Shown here: piece by piece, positions 28,643 through 37,502 of the stretch
Layout of the letters: the number at the start of each line of letters is the position of its first letter
Numbering within the stretch: position 1 is the first letter of the stretch
Source: Verrucomicrobiales bacterium
Lineage (GTDB): Bacteria > Verrucomicrobiota > Verrucomicrobiia > Verrucomicrobiales > DEV007
Length of the DNA stretch: 64,000 nucleotides
Direction: 5' to 3'
Assembly (NCBI GenBank): GCA_029212615.1
Contig: JARGPJ010000007.1
Span: 70,354 to 134,353 of the forward strand
Notes under the pieces: model-generated
Seen by the model: only the letters and a program-made list of their open reading frames with translations
Database searches by the model: none
What the model was told of the DNA's origin: nothing
Made by a program: the position numbers and the translations under genes

Positions 28643-30322
28643 ATGTCACTTATTCCACTTCTCACCCGGGTATCACTTAATAGCGGATGCGCTGACACCC
28701 TTCGTTGTGAAGCCGTCCTTGCTGAGGCTGCGGCGAAACACAGTTCCTTGATCGATGCTCTTTTCGATGCGGGAATCGTGGAGGAGGAGTCTTTCGCGGC
28801 GCAATTGGCGGAGGAGGCAAACCTTTCCTACATCAGTGAGCCCGGCTCCGATGATTCAAGTTCGCTCCATCGGAAGTTTCCCGCAAAAGTGGCCCTGAGG
28901 CACCGGCTTTTGCCGATCGTGGGGGAAGACGGAGCGCTGACCTTGCTCACTTATGATCCGTTTGATCTGGCGGCGCGACAGGCTGTTGGACAGGAGTGGA
29001 CGAAACCGGTTTCCTGGGCTGTCGGAACCCGATACCGGATTCTCGAGGGGCTCCGCCAGGGATATGGTGTCGGAGCGGAGCAGTTCGATGAACTTATCGA
29101 AGGGCGGGATCCCAATGCGGATGATGATTTTGAGCAGGAAGTGACTCAGCTCGATGAAGAGGAGGAAGAGGCTTCGGTCATGAACTTTGTGAATCAGATT
29201 TTTCGCGAGGCTCTTCGCGAAAGGGCGACTGATATTCATATTGAACCACTTGAAAAGAATCTTCGGATTCGCTACCGCATCGATGGTGCGCTTCAGGAAG
29301 TAACCGTACCGCCTGACATCAGAGCGCTACAGGCTTCTCTTGTCTCACGCTTGAAGATCATGGCCCAGCTCGATATCGCAGAGCGTCGCCTTCCGCAGGA
29401 TGGACGAATCAATCTCGAGCTCGATGGGAATCCGGTCGATGTCCGGGTCGCGACGATTCCGTCAGTAAACGGTGAGAGTGTCAGTCTTCGACTACTGACC
29501 CGGCAGAATTTTGACATGGGAATGTTAGGGCTCGATGACGCGACTCGCGCTACGATTGAAGGACTGCTTAAGCAGCCGAACGGTATTATTCTCGTGACAG
29601 GGCCGACGGGTTCCGGAAAGTCGACAACGCTCTATACGTTTCTGAAGCAGCTGAATACCAAAGATACCCGTATCGTTACGGTTGAAGATCCGGTGGAGAA
29701 CCGACTCGACGGGGTTGTCCAGATTGCGATGAAGCCGGAGATCGGGCTGACTTTTGCGACAGGACTTCGCGCGATTTTGCGGGGCGATCCGAACATTATT
29801 ATGGTCGGTGAAATGCGAGACCTGGAGACCACCGAGATTGCGGTTCGGGGGGCCCTCACCGGCCACCTCGTTTTTTCGACTCTGCACACGAATGATGCGG
29901 TGTCAGGAATTACCCGTCTTCTCGACATGGGGGTCGAGCCCTTTCTTATCGCTTCGTCGGTTCGAGCCTTTCTGGCGCAGCGCCTCGTCCGTAAGCTTTG
30001 TCCGGATTGCAGGCGTCCAGCCGATCTTGAAGACAGTTATCTCACCGAGGTTGGCTTTCCGCTCGAACTGAAAGCCGGGATCAATGAAGCGGTGGGGTGT
30101 CGTTCCTGCCGGGACACGGGGTATAAGGGGCGCATGGCGATTCTTGAAATCTGCACGATCAGTCCTTCAATGTCCGAGCTGATTACCTCTCATGCCTCCT
30201 ACGCTGCGTTAAAGAAGGACGCTCTCGATGGGGGGATGACCACTCTTCGACAGTATGGTTGGAACAAAGTGGCGAGTGGGGAAACCACGATTGAAGAAGT
30301 GCTCAGCAACGTGGACCACTGA
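28643..30322 (+). CDS. GspE/PilB-family secretion/pilus assembly ATPase
   Basis: 'ATDIHIEP', 'LDIAERRLPQDGRI', Walker A GPTGSGKST, 'EDPVE', 'DPNIIMVGEMRD', 'TLHTND', tetra-Cys CPDC...CRSC. Start ATG 28643 (track 28601). Confidence 0.93.
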   Translation: MSLIPLLTRVSLNSGCADTLRCEAVLAEAAAKHSSLIDALFDAGIVEEESFAAQLAEEANLSYISEPGSDDSSSLHRKFPAKVALRHRLLPIVGEDGALTLLTYDPFDLAARQAVGQEWTKPVSWAVGTRYRILEGLRQGYGVGAEQFDELIEGRDPNADDDFEQEVTQLDEEEEEASVMNFVNQIFREALRERATDIHIEPLEKNLRIRYRIDGALQEVTVPPDIRALQASLVSRLKIMAQLDIAERRLPQDGRINLELDGNPVDVRVATIPSVNGESVSLRLLTRQNFDMGMLGLDDATRATIEGLLKQPNGIILVTGPTGSGKSTTLYTFLKQLNTKDTRIVTVEDPVENRLDGVVQIAMKPEIGLTFATGLRAILRGDPNIIMVGEMRDLETTEIAVRGALTGHLVFSTLHTNDAVSGITRLLDMGVEPFLIASSVRAFLAQRLVRKLCPDCRRPADLEDSYLTEVGFPLELKAGINEAVGCRSCRDTGYKGRMAILEICTISPSMSELITSHASYAALKKDALDGGMTTLRQYGWNKVASGETTIEEVLSNVDH

Positions 30323-30331
30323 GGAGGAGGT

Positions 30332-30868
30332 TCATGTCGACCGCGCTTTCCGGGCGGTTTGAAACCAGAAGAAGACCGCGAGACCGAGTAGTCCGGCGAT
30401 CCCGCCGATAAGAAAGCCTCTTCCTGATTCCCGGTTCTCAACAGCGGCGAAAGTGATGGGAGGTGAATCATTCAGTAATTCGATCCCATTGGGTTCGAGT
30501 GGTTCCCATTGCTTGTCGCTATTTTTGCGAAGCCACATGCGGAAGCTTGATCCATCGGCCGGAATATCTGAATGACCGCCTGGACCGACGAGATTGCTTT
30601 TTCTCATTTTCCAGCAGCGAACGTCGAGCGTTCTTTCGCCTTTCAGAATTGCTTCGCCTTTTTCGACTGACTTCACGAGGACGCTGAGTCGCACAAGGTA
30701 GATTGAGGCGCTTGGTTTTCGGTGCACAAGGACGCGCGAAGCCAATACTTCACCGGTGATGGTAACCTCGGCGGCATTCTCCAACTCACCGGGTGAAAGC
30801 GGGGGAAGTGCTGAAAAAGCCGGCGGGCAGAGCCCGGCGATGAAGCCGGTGAGCAGCAGTTTTTTCAC
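30332..30868 (-). CDS. Hypothetical exported protein with a C-terminal membrane anchor
   Basis: Signal peptide (…PPAFSA), beta-rich body, C-terminal 'GFLIGGIAGLLGLAVFFWF' plus basic tail. The ATG overlaps the trhO stop (ATGA). Confidence 0.7.
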   Translation of the reverse strand: MKKLLLTGFIAGLCPPAFSALPPLSPGELENAAEVTITGEVLASRVLVHRKPSASIYLVRLSVLVKSVEKGEAILKGERTLDVRCWKMRKSNLVGPGGHSDIPADGSSFRMWLRKNSDKQWEPLEPNGIELLNDSPPITFAAVENRESGRGFLIGGIAGLLGLAVFFWFQTARKARST

Positions 30869-31797
30869 CCCTCCGCCTCCCGTTTCGCGAAGCCGTCTTT
30901 ACACGCGCTGCTGCAGAAGAGCCCGTGTTCGGCGCGGCAATCGGGACAGACAAAAATCTGTTCATTGCAATCCGGCCACTTGCAGTTGCCATAATGAGGT
31001 TCTTCTACTCCGCAGTAGCGGCAGTGGGAAATGACTTTCCTCGTCTCGGTGCGGTTCACTTCGACACCAACGCGTTCGTCGAAGACGTAGCAGAGCCCTT
31101 CGAAATCACGCCCCTGGACCTCGGGATCCTTCCCGTATTTCACGATACCTCCATCGAGCTGATAGACTTCATCGAAGCCTTCCCCTTTGATGAGGCCGGA
31201 GAGTTTTTCGCAGCGAATACCGCCGGTGCAGTAGGTGAGGATTTTCTTGCCTTTGAGTTTCTCAGCGTTCTCTCGGAGCCAGTCGGGGAATTCCCTGAAA
31301 TTTTCCACAGTCGGGCAGATCGCATTTTTGAATTTCCCCAGTTCTGCTTCGTAGTCGTTCCGTCCATCGATGATGACGACTTCCTCTTCCTGCATCTTTT
31401 GGTAGAACTGCGCAGGGGAAAGCCGTTTACCGGTAAGTCTGTTCGGGTCGATATCGGTCGTCGCATCGAGGCCGAGCCTTACGATTTCATCCCTTACTTT
31501 GATCGACATTTTCGGGAAAACGTGGTCGTCAGAGGCGTCGATCTTGAACTCCATCTCAGCGAATCTGGGATCGGCATGCATTGTCGCGATGTAGGCGTTG
31601 GTGGCTTCATTCGTACCGGAAACGGTTCCGTTGATGCCTTCTTCACCGATAATGATGCGACCACGAAGCCCTAGCTCCCGGCAGAGGATACGATGCTCGG
31701 TCATGTAGGCTTCCGGATTATCGATACGAACATATCGGTAATAGAGAAGCACTTGAAAAGTGGCTGAATCCGCAGGGCTGGTGAGTTCTGATTTCAC
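30865..31797 (-). CDS. trhO: Rhodanese-related tRNA uridine(34) hydroxylase (UPF0176/YceA family)
   Basis: 'LLYYRY', 'LRGRIIIGEEGINGT', 'IDGRNDYE..LGKF', 'YCTGGIRCEK', 'LDGGIVKY', 'YVFDER', Cys-rich C-terminus. GTG start. Confidence 0.88.
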   Translation of the reverse strand: MKSELTSPADSATFQVLLYYRYVRIDNPEAYMTEHRILCRELGLRGRIIIGEEGINGTVSGTNEATNAYIATMHADPRFAEMEFKIDASDDHVFPKMSIKVRDEIVRLGLDATTDIDPNRLTGKRLSPAQFYQKMQEEEVVIIDGRNDYEAELGKFKNAICPTVENFREFPDWLRENAEKLKGKKILTYCTGGIRCEKLSGLIKGEGFDEVYQLDGGIVKYGKDPEVQGRDFEGLCYVFDERVGVEVNRTETRKVISHCRYCGVEEPHYGNCKWPDCNEQIFVCPDCRAEHGLFCSSACKDGFAKREAEG

Positions 31798-31918
31798 TCC
31801 GAGAGAATATGGATTTTTCTTTCAGGCTCAAGTCACAGCTTCACGTTGAGGTGGAAACCTTTTCAGGATTGATTCTCAAATTTTAGAAAATTTTCAAAAA
31901 TGACGATAAATTCTGGAT

Positions 31919-32158
31919 TTGTCGTTGAGTTGGGGTCTATATAGCTGCGTGAGCTCATTGGATGTCAGCACCAGAGACCGTGTCATCAGCAGGATCTGTT
32001 TCTATTTGCTGGTGCTGGCTGTTTTCTGGACGACGAACCGCCTTCTTCCTGATTGGGAATCTATCGAGCGGGAAAAATGGGAGGCGAGGGGGGTTGTCAC
32101 GCCACTTATCGCAGTGCCGTCATCGGAGCTGTCCTTCAATCGCCCCGGCTCACGTTGA
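31919..32158 (+). CDS. Possible small single-pass membrane protein (start uncertain)
   Basis: Hydrophobic 'ICFYLLVLAVFW' segment. It fills an otherwise empty gap and ends 8 nt before the TruC-like ATG. No homology recognised. Confidence 0.3.
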   Translation: MSLSWGLYSCVSSLDVSTRDRVISRICFYLLVLAVFWTTNRLLPDWESIEREKWEARGVVTPLIAVPSSELSFNRPGSR

Positions 32159-32166
32159 TTCAGGCT

Positions 32167-32820
32167 ATGTCGCTTGAGATTCTTTTTCAGGATCAGTGGA
32201 TCGTTGCGATGAATAAGCCGGCGGGTCTGCTGGTTCATCCGGGGCGTGATCCGGAGCCTCCCGACCAGATTGCGATGAAGGTGTTGCGGGATCAAATCGG
32301 GCATCGCGTATCGACTGTTCATCGACTGGATCGTCCCACCTCGGGCGTTCTTATCTTTGCCCTGGATCAAAAGGTGGAGTCCGTGTTGAGGCTGCAGTTT
32401 GAGCAACAGACCGTGAAAAAGGTCTATGAGGCGATTGTGGCGGGAAAGACGCCGGAAAATTGGACAAACAATAGTCCGCTTCAGAAACTGCCGGAGGAAC
32501 CCTTCAGGGAAGCTTCGACAGGCTTTGAGCGAATTCGGGAGGCTGAGTTGAAGGGGGAAGTGTTTTCTCATCTCAGAATCAATCCGGAAAGCGGCCGATA
32601 TCATCAAATTCGAAAGCATCTTGCGATCGATGAATTTCCGATTGTGGGAGATTATTTGTATGGGGAGGTGGAGATGATGAATCGCATCGCGGACCTCAGC
32701 GGACAAACGCGGTTGATGCTTCACGCCTGCGAGCTGACTTTCTTTCATCCGGTTGAGGGTGTGGAGATGACGCTTGGCTGTTCTCTTCCGGAAAGGTTTT
32801 CCCCGTTCATTTCAGGGTGA
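32167..32820 (+). CDS. RluA-family pseudouridine synthase, TruC-like
   Basis: 'LEILFQDQWIVAMNKPAGLLVH', 'VLRDQIG', catalytic 'HRLDRPTSGVL', 'GRYHQIRKHL', 'RLMLHA'. Closely follows the E. coli TruC pattern. Start ATG 32167. Confidence 0.88.
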   Translation: MSLEILFQDQWIVAMNKPAGLLVHPGRDPEPPDQIAMKVLRDQIGHRVSTVHRLDRPTSGVLIFALDQKVESVLRLQFEQQTVKKVYEAIVAGKTPENWTNNSPLQKLPEEPFREASTGFERIREAELKGEVFSHLRINPESGRYHQIRKHLAIDEFPIVGDYLYGEVEMMNRIADLSGQTRLMLHACELTFFHPVEGVEMTLGCSLPERFSPFISG

Positions 32821-32878
32821 CGTTTACCCGTAAATTTCAGTGCTGCGTTCAGCATGCGAGGCGGGATAGGGTCGTCGA

Positions 32879-34126
32879 ATGAAAAAAGTCTTTGTCCTCC
32901 TTCTGGCTCCTCTTCAGATCGCAGTCGCCTCGGAAGCCAACTACGATGAAGCAAAGGTCCCGGACTACGTTCTGCCGGAGATCATGACGTTTGAAAGCGG
33001 CGAACAGGTAGAGTCGATCGACGATTGGAAGCAACGGCGAAGCGAATTGCTCGCTCTTTTTTCCGCTCATGTTTATGGCGAAGTTCCGAAGCTTGCCGAA
33101 GAGACCCGTCTTCAGTCACGCGTTACCCGGGAGGTTGCCGGCTTTCTTGACGGGAAAGCGGTTCTTAAAGAGGTCGATCTGACCTTCCCTGAGGAGTCCG
33201 GCGGGCCGGCGATTCAAATGTTAGTCATTTCCCCGAGCGGGGGAGGGGGTGCGCCCGCGTTTCTGGGCTACAATTTTAGAGGCAATCACACCATTCATTC
33301 AGATCCCCGGATCACACTCTCTGAAGCGTGGATGCGTCCAGACAAGGAAGGTCGCGTTGTCGGAAACCGGTCGATGGAGAAGTCACGTGGGACATCGGCA
33401 AATCGATGGCCGGTTGAGAAAATCATCGATCGTGGATTCGCGCTCGTGGTGATGTACTACGGCGATATTGATCCGGATTTTGATGACGGGTTTGAAAATG
33501 GAGTTCACCGGGTTTTCGGTCAGCCGGAAGAGGCGCAGTGGGGCTCGATCGGGGCATGGGCGTGGGGACTGAGAAGGGCGCTCGATTATCTGGAGGAGGA
33601 AGATGGGGTTGATGCTGCGAGAGTGGCCGTTTTTGGCCACTCCCGCCTCGGGAAAACAAGCCTTTGGGCCGGAGCGCAGGATGAACGGTTCGCGCTGGTT
33701 ATTTCGAACAACTCCGGTTGTGGTGGCGCGGCCCTGAGTCGGAGGGCTTTTGGCGAAACCGTGAAGAGGATTAATACCAATTTTCCTCATTGGTTTAATG
33801 ACCGTTTTCCTTCCTACGATGACGACCTGGACGCCCTGCCTGTCGATCAGCATCAACTGATCGCGCTCATGGCGCCCCGCCCTGTTTATGTGGCTAGCGC
33901 GACTGAAGATGAGTGGGCTGATCCGCGCGGGGAATTTCTCGCTGCTAAGCTAGGGAGCGAGGCCTGGGCCCTCTATGGCAAGCGGGGGCTTGAGGCCGGG
34001 AAGATGCCGCCTCCTAACCAATCGATCGGTGACTCTGTCGGCTATCACCTTCGCGAGGGGAAGCACGATGTCACCGACTTCGATTGGGAATGCTATCTTG
34101 ATTTTGCAGAGAGGCATTTACAATGA
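32879..34126 (+). CDS. CE15-family carbohydrate esterase (glucuronoyl esterase-like), secreted
   Basis: 'NYDEAKVPDYVLP', 'IGAWAWG...ALDYL', nucleophile motif 'GHSRLGK', 'NSGCGGAALSRR', 'DQHQLIALMAPRP', 'DEWADP.GE', 'GKHD'. Confidence 0.85.
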   Translation: MKKVFVLLLAPLQIAVASEANYDEAKVPDYVLPEIMTFESGEQVESIDDWKQRRSELLALFSAHVYGEVPKLAEETRLQSRVTREVAGFLDGKAVLKEVDLTFPEESGGPAIQMLVISPSGGGGAPAFLGYNFRGNHTIHSDPRITLSEAWMRPDKEGRVVGNRSMEKSRGTSANRWPVEKIIDRGFALVVMYYGDIDPDFDDGFENGVHRVFGQPEEAQWGSIGAWAWGLRRALDYLEEEDGVDAARVAVFGHSRLGKTSLWAGAQDERFALVISNNSGCGGAALSRRAFGETVKRINTNFPHWFNDRFPSYDDDLDALPVDQHQLIALMAPRPVYVASATEDEWADPRGEFLAAKLGSEAWALYGKRGLEAGKMPPPNQSIGDSVGYHLREGKHDVTDFDWECYLDFAERHLQ

Positions 34127-34188
34127 GGACAGAATGAAGCTTCCGGATAAATATGCCGTTAGTTTTCTTCAGCAACGGCAGTGATAGG

Positions 34189-34752
34189 ATGAAGCGCATG
34201 AAGCCCGAAGCCACATTGTCTAATTCTGAAGATGATCGTTATGAGACGTTCGTGAGTTGCTTTGCGCATCACGAGCCGGATTTGAGACGTTTCATTCGTT
34301 CGCTGCTCCCCACCTGGACGGATACCGATGAGGTTCTTCAACAGACCGCGATCGTGATCTGGCGAAAGTTTGATCAGTACGATCCGGCAACCAATTTCAT
34401 GAAGTGGGCCTGTGTCATCGCCCGGTTTGAGTCGCTTGCTTATCGGCGGAAGATGGCTCGTGACCGACTTGTCTTTCGGGAGGATGTGCTGGAGCTGATG
34501 GCTGATGAAGGTATTGAGGAAATAGATAGTCGCCGAACGGAGCATGAAGCACTTGAGGCCTGTCTACTTGCGATGCCGGAAAAGCAGCGACAGTTTCTGA
34601 CGCTCGCTTATACGCCCGGGGTAAAAGTAAAAGAGATGGCGGAGGAAGCGGGATCCAGCGCGGCCTCTTTCTACATGCGTTTGAAGAGATTGAGGCGTCA
34701 ACTGATGGAGTGCATGGAAAGCAAAACGAATACGGCGGGAGCAATGCCATGA
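34189..34752 (+). CDS. ECF sigma-70 factor (Planctomycetes/Verrucomicrobia type)
   Basis: 'LRRFIRSLLP', 'DEVLQQT..VIWRKF', 'FMKWACVIARF', 'CLLAMP', 'LKRLRRQLMEC'. Overlaps the FecR gene by ATGA. Confidence 0.9.
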   Translation: MKRMKPEATLSNSEDDRYETFVSCFAHHEPDLRRFIRSLLPTWTDTDEVLQQTAIVIWRKFDQYDPATNFMKWACVIARFESLAYRRKMARDRLVFREDVLELMADEGIEEIDSRRTEHEALEACLLAMPEKQRQFLTLAYTPGVKVKEMAEEAGSSAASFYMRLKRLRRQLMECMESKTNTAGAMP

Positions 34753-36422
34753 GCCCTTCCTTTAATCAGCTTTCGGAAGAGGAGCGGAATTGGCTCGATG
34801 ACTATTTGGGCGGGACGATTTCCGTGTCCGACTTTGATGCCCTTCAGGATCGTCTCCTTGAAAGTCCTGAACTGCGTTGTGTGATGCGCCGCTATCTCTC
34901 GCTCGATACGACCCTGCAGAGTGAATGTAATGAGTCGGGGTTTGCGTCTGAAATGGCGGCGTCACCCTGGTTAAGAGTAGTGAAACCCGCCGCGAGCTTT
35001 TCAAAGCCGGCGCGATTTCCCGGTATGATTCGATTGGCGACGGCGGCAGTGGTTGCCTTTTTCCTGGGAACGGCGGCGATGCATCTCAATGGCTTGAAAA
35101 AGAGTGCTTCTGATGATCGTGTCGAACTGGAGGAGCCTTCTGCGCAAGGGTTTGCAGTGATCGGGCGGCTCTTTGATGTCGATTGGAAAGACGGTGGAGC
35201 GACTCACCGTGAAGGTGATATGTTAGGGGCTGAAGTGTTCCGGATTGCTGCCGGCGTTGCTGAGATTCAATTTTTCTCGGGCGCGAAAATGGTCGTCGAA
35301 GGTCCGGCGGAGATTTCACTGAAGTCGGCCTGGGAAGCTCTATGCAACGAGGGATCCGTGAGGATGAAGGTTCCGCCCGCTGCCCGTGGTTTCAAATTAC
35401 AGGCTCCCTCAACCGAAATCATTGACCTCGGGACAGAGTTTGGCCTGGTCGTGAAAGACGGTGAAGGTCATGTTGAAGTCATTGATGGAGAGATCGAGGT
35501 TCGCCATCGAAGAGAAGGGGAAAAGCGTCTCTTAAAGAATGACGCGCTAAGTCTGGGCGCTAACGCTGCCGCGGTTGAAACAGCAGGTGGACAGGTCGTT
35601 TTTCCTGACCTGACTCGTTACGGGGAGCGTTCCGAGAACCGGGACCGTTTGGACTTTCAGCGGTGGAGAAATCATCGCGATTCCCTGGCTGCGGATGAGC
35701 GGCTCATTGCTTACTATACGTTCGATGAGGACGCGAGCACCCCGCTGGTCCCTAACCTTACGATCCCGAGGAATACGGAACTGGATGGAGCCGCGATATT
35801 AGCAGAGCCGGTTGCAGGCCGTTGGCCAGCCCTCAAGTCGGCGCTCGAATTCAGACGGCCCGGCGCCCGGGTAAGGGTCAATATTCCCGGCGAGTTCTCT
35901 GCGTTCACTTTTACCGCCTGGGTTCGTATCGATAGTCTTGATCGTTGGTACAATGCTCTTTTCATGGGGGACGGCTATGAAACCGGCGAGCCCCACTGGC
36001 AGATTCGCGATGACGGGAAAATGATGCTTTCGATCATGGTGGATGATTCACGGCCGAATCCCGGGCGGGCGAACGATGCCGGGTTTCATCGCGTCTATTT
36101 CTCACCGCCGATGTGGGACCTTTCCATGAGTGGCGAGTGGATGCATCTCGCGTCGGTCTATGACCCCGCGATGCGAATGGTTTCCCATTTTGTGAACGGT
36201 GCTCAGATTTCCGGGCAGGAGATTGAAGATGATTTCTTCATTGATACGCTCAGGATAGGAAATGCCGAAGTCGGAAACTGGGGGCAGCCGTTTCGAGAAG
36301 ATTCCACCTTTGCGATTCGCAATTTGAATGGCCGGATGGACGAAATGGCGATTTTTAAGGAGGCACTATCCGCTGCAGAAATTGCCCGCCTGTTTGAGGC
36401 AAGTCGTTCTGACCGCAGGTGA
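34749..36422 (+). CDS. FecR-domain anti-sigma factor with C-terminal LamG/ConA-like domain
   Basis: N-terminal anti-sigma helix, TM segment, FecR motifs 'GVAEIQFFSGAKMVVEGPA' and 'IIDLGTEFG'. LamG-like tail 'LIAYYTFDE', 'FTFTAWV', 'WMHLASVYD', 'GRMDEMAIF..ALS'. Confidence 0.87.
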   Translation: MSPSFNQLSEEERNWLDDYLGGTISVSDFDALQDRLLESPELRCVMRRYLSLDTTLQSECNESGFASEMAASPWLRVVKPAASFSKPARFPGMIRLATAAVVAFFLGTAAMHLNGLKKSASDDRVELEEPSAQGFAVIGRLFDVDWKDGGATHREGDMLGAEVFRIAAGVAEIQFFSGAKMVVEGPAEISLKSAWEALCNEGSVRMKVPPAARGFKLQAPSTEIIDLGTEFGLVVKDGEGHVEVIDGEIEVRHRREGEKRLLKNDALSLGANAAAVETAGGQVVFPDLTRYGERSENRDRLDFQRWRNHRDSLAADERLIAYYTFDEDASTPLVPNLTIPRNTELDGAAILAEPVAGRWPALKSALEFRRPGARVRVNIPGEFSAFTFTAWVRIDSLDRWYNALFMGDGYETGEPHWQIRDDGKMMLSIMVDDSRPNPGRANDAGFHRVYFSPPMWDLSMSGEWMHLASVYDPAMRMVSHFVNGAQISGQEIEDDFFIDTLRIGNAEVGNWGQPFREDSTFAIRNLNGRMDEMAIFKEALSAAEIARLFEASRSDRR

Positions 36423-36483
36423 TTTGTTTCCGGGCCGAACGGCGATCCTGAATTTCTCCCGAATTTTACCGGAACGCAGTATC

Positions 36484-37353
36484 TCACAGGTGATGCCTCT
36501 GCTTCATGTTGAGATAGACAATGTTTGAAACTTCACGGATAACATCCGCCCGGCGTGAAATCCAAGTACTGTAAGAGGTGTTTCGGGTTCCACTTTCGAT
36601 GATTCCAATCACCACGTAGGGGTAGGAACGCCCATTGCGCCCCCGTGCCACGAGGATACCCATGTCACCGCAGCACATCGCGGTGCTCCCTGTTTTGTTA
36701 TACACAGCCGTTCCTGCGGGAACACGTTTCGCGTCAGTGTAGAGCCGGTCGATTCCCGGCAGTGACATTACCCGCAGGATCTCTTTTGAATAGGGTAGGG
36801 TTCCTTTCCAAAGAGCCTCAAGAAAGCGTGCATAGTCTCCTGCTGACCCGCGATTTCCGTAGGTGCGTCCGCCTTTGGGAATATATTCGATCAGGCTTAT
36901 GTGCTGGCAGAGCGATGGGTAGTGTCGTTTCAGGAGAGCCTGCGTAGCGGAAGGTCCACCGGTTTGTCGCATGATCCAGTTGGTGGAATCGTTGTTCGAC
37001 TTTTGAATCATCAACTCCATGTGGCGACGGCTGGTTGGTCCATAGATGATGCGCCCTGCCTGAACCTGATGAAAGAACGCGAGGGCCAGATAGGGTTTGA
37101 TCATGCTTGCCGCCTGAAGGGGCGTATTTTCATTGATGCTCGCTAATTTGGAACCGGTCGTTAGATCATAGACGAGCCACGCGGTCCGTTCGTCGCGGCG
37201 GATGACCCCCTGTCCCCGCAGACCTTTGATGTAGCTCTCGATCTGACTTTCCGTGTCTGCACCGGATGCCCAATCAATCCCGAACAGGGGAAGGGTAATC
37301 AGGCAGAAAAGAAGGAGAAAATGGAGAGAAAGCGACTTCTGGTTGAGGGTCAT
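36484..37353 (-). CDS. Secreted serine hydrolase of the class A beta-lactamase/PBP fold
   Basis: SxxK ('ASMIK'), SxN ('SNN') and KTG ('NKTGST') motifs, plus signal peptide. Start ATG 37353. Confidence 0.82.
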   Translation of the reverse strand: MTLNQKSLSLHFLLLFCLITLPLFGIDWASGADTESQIESYIKGLRGQGVIRRDERTAWLVYDLTTGSKLASINENTPLQAASMIKPYLALAFFHQVQAGRIIYGPTSRRHMELMIQKSNNDSTNWIMRQTGGPSATQALLKRHYPSLCQHISLIEYIPKGGRTYGNRGSAGDYARFLEALWKGTLPYSKEILRVMSLPGIDRLYTDAKRVPAGTAVYNKTGSTAMCCGDMGILVARGRNGRSYPYVVIGIIESGTRNTSYSTWISRRADVIREVSNIVYLNMKQRHHL

Positions 37354-37502
37354 GGAATTCGGCGATTCAATTTTAGTTAACAAATCTTAATAATATCGCA
37401 ACTTTTTATAAAAATTCCAGCCTTTATCTGGCGTGATCACTTGAGCGCAATCAGAGAATCATTCCTGTTCGATTCGCTCGGATTCCTGCGTAGAATGCGT
37501 TC

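Noticed and set aside
30925-32748. Long antisense ORFs 30925-31674 (+, 249 aa) and 32002-32748 (-, 248 aa), and 22946-23704 within glgC
   Set aside because: They overlap well-supported genes (trhO, TruC-like, glgC) and have no family motifs.
36484-37353. Antibiotic-resistance class A beta-lactamase
   Set aside because: It has SxxK/SxN/KTG, but I could not identify the omega-loop Glu166 motif. A PBP-like cell-wall hydrolase is at least as likely.
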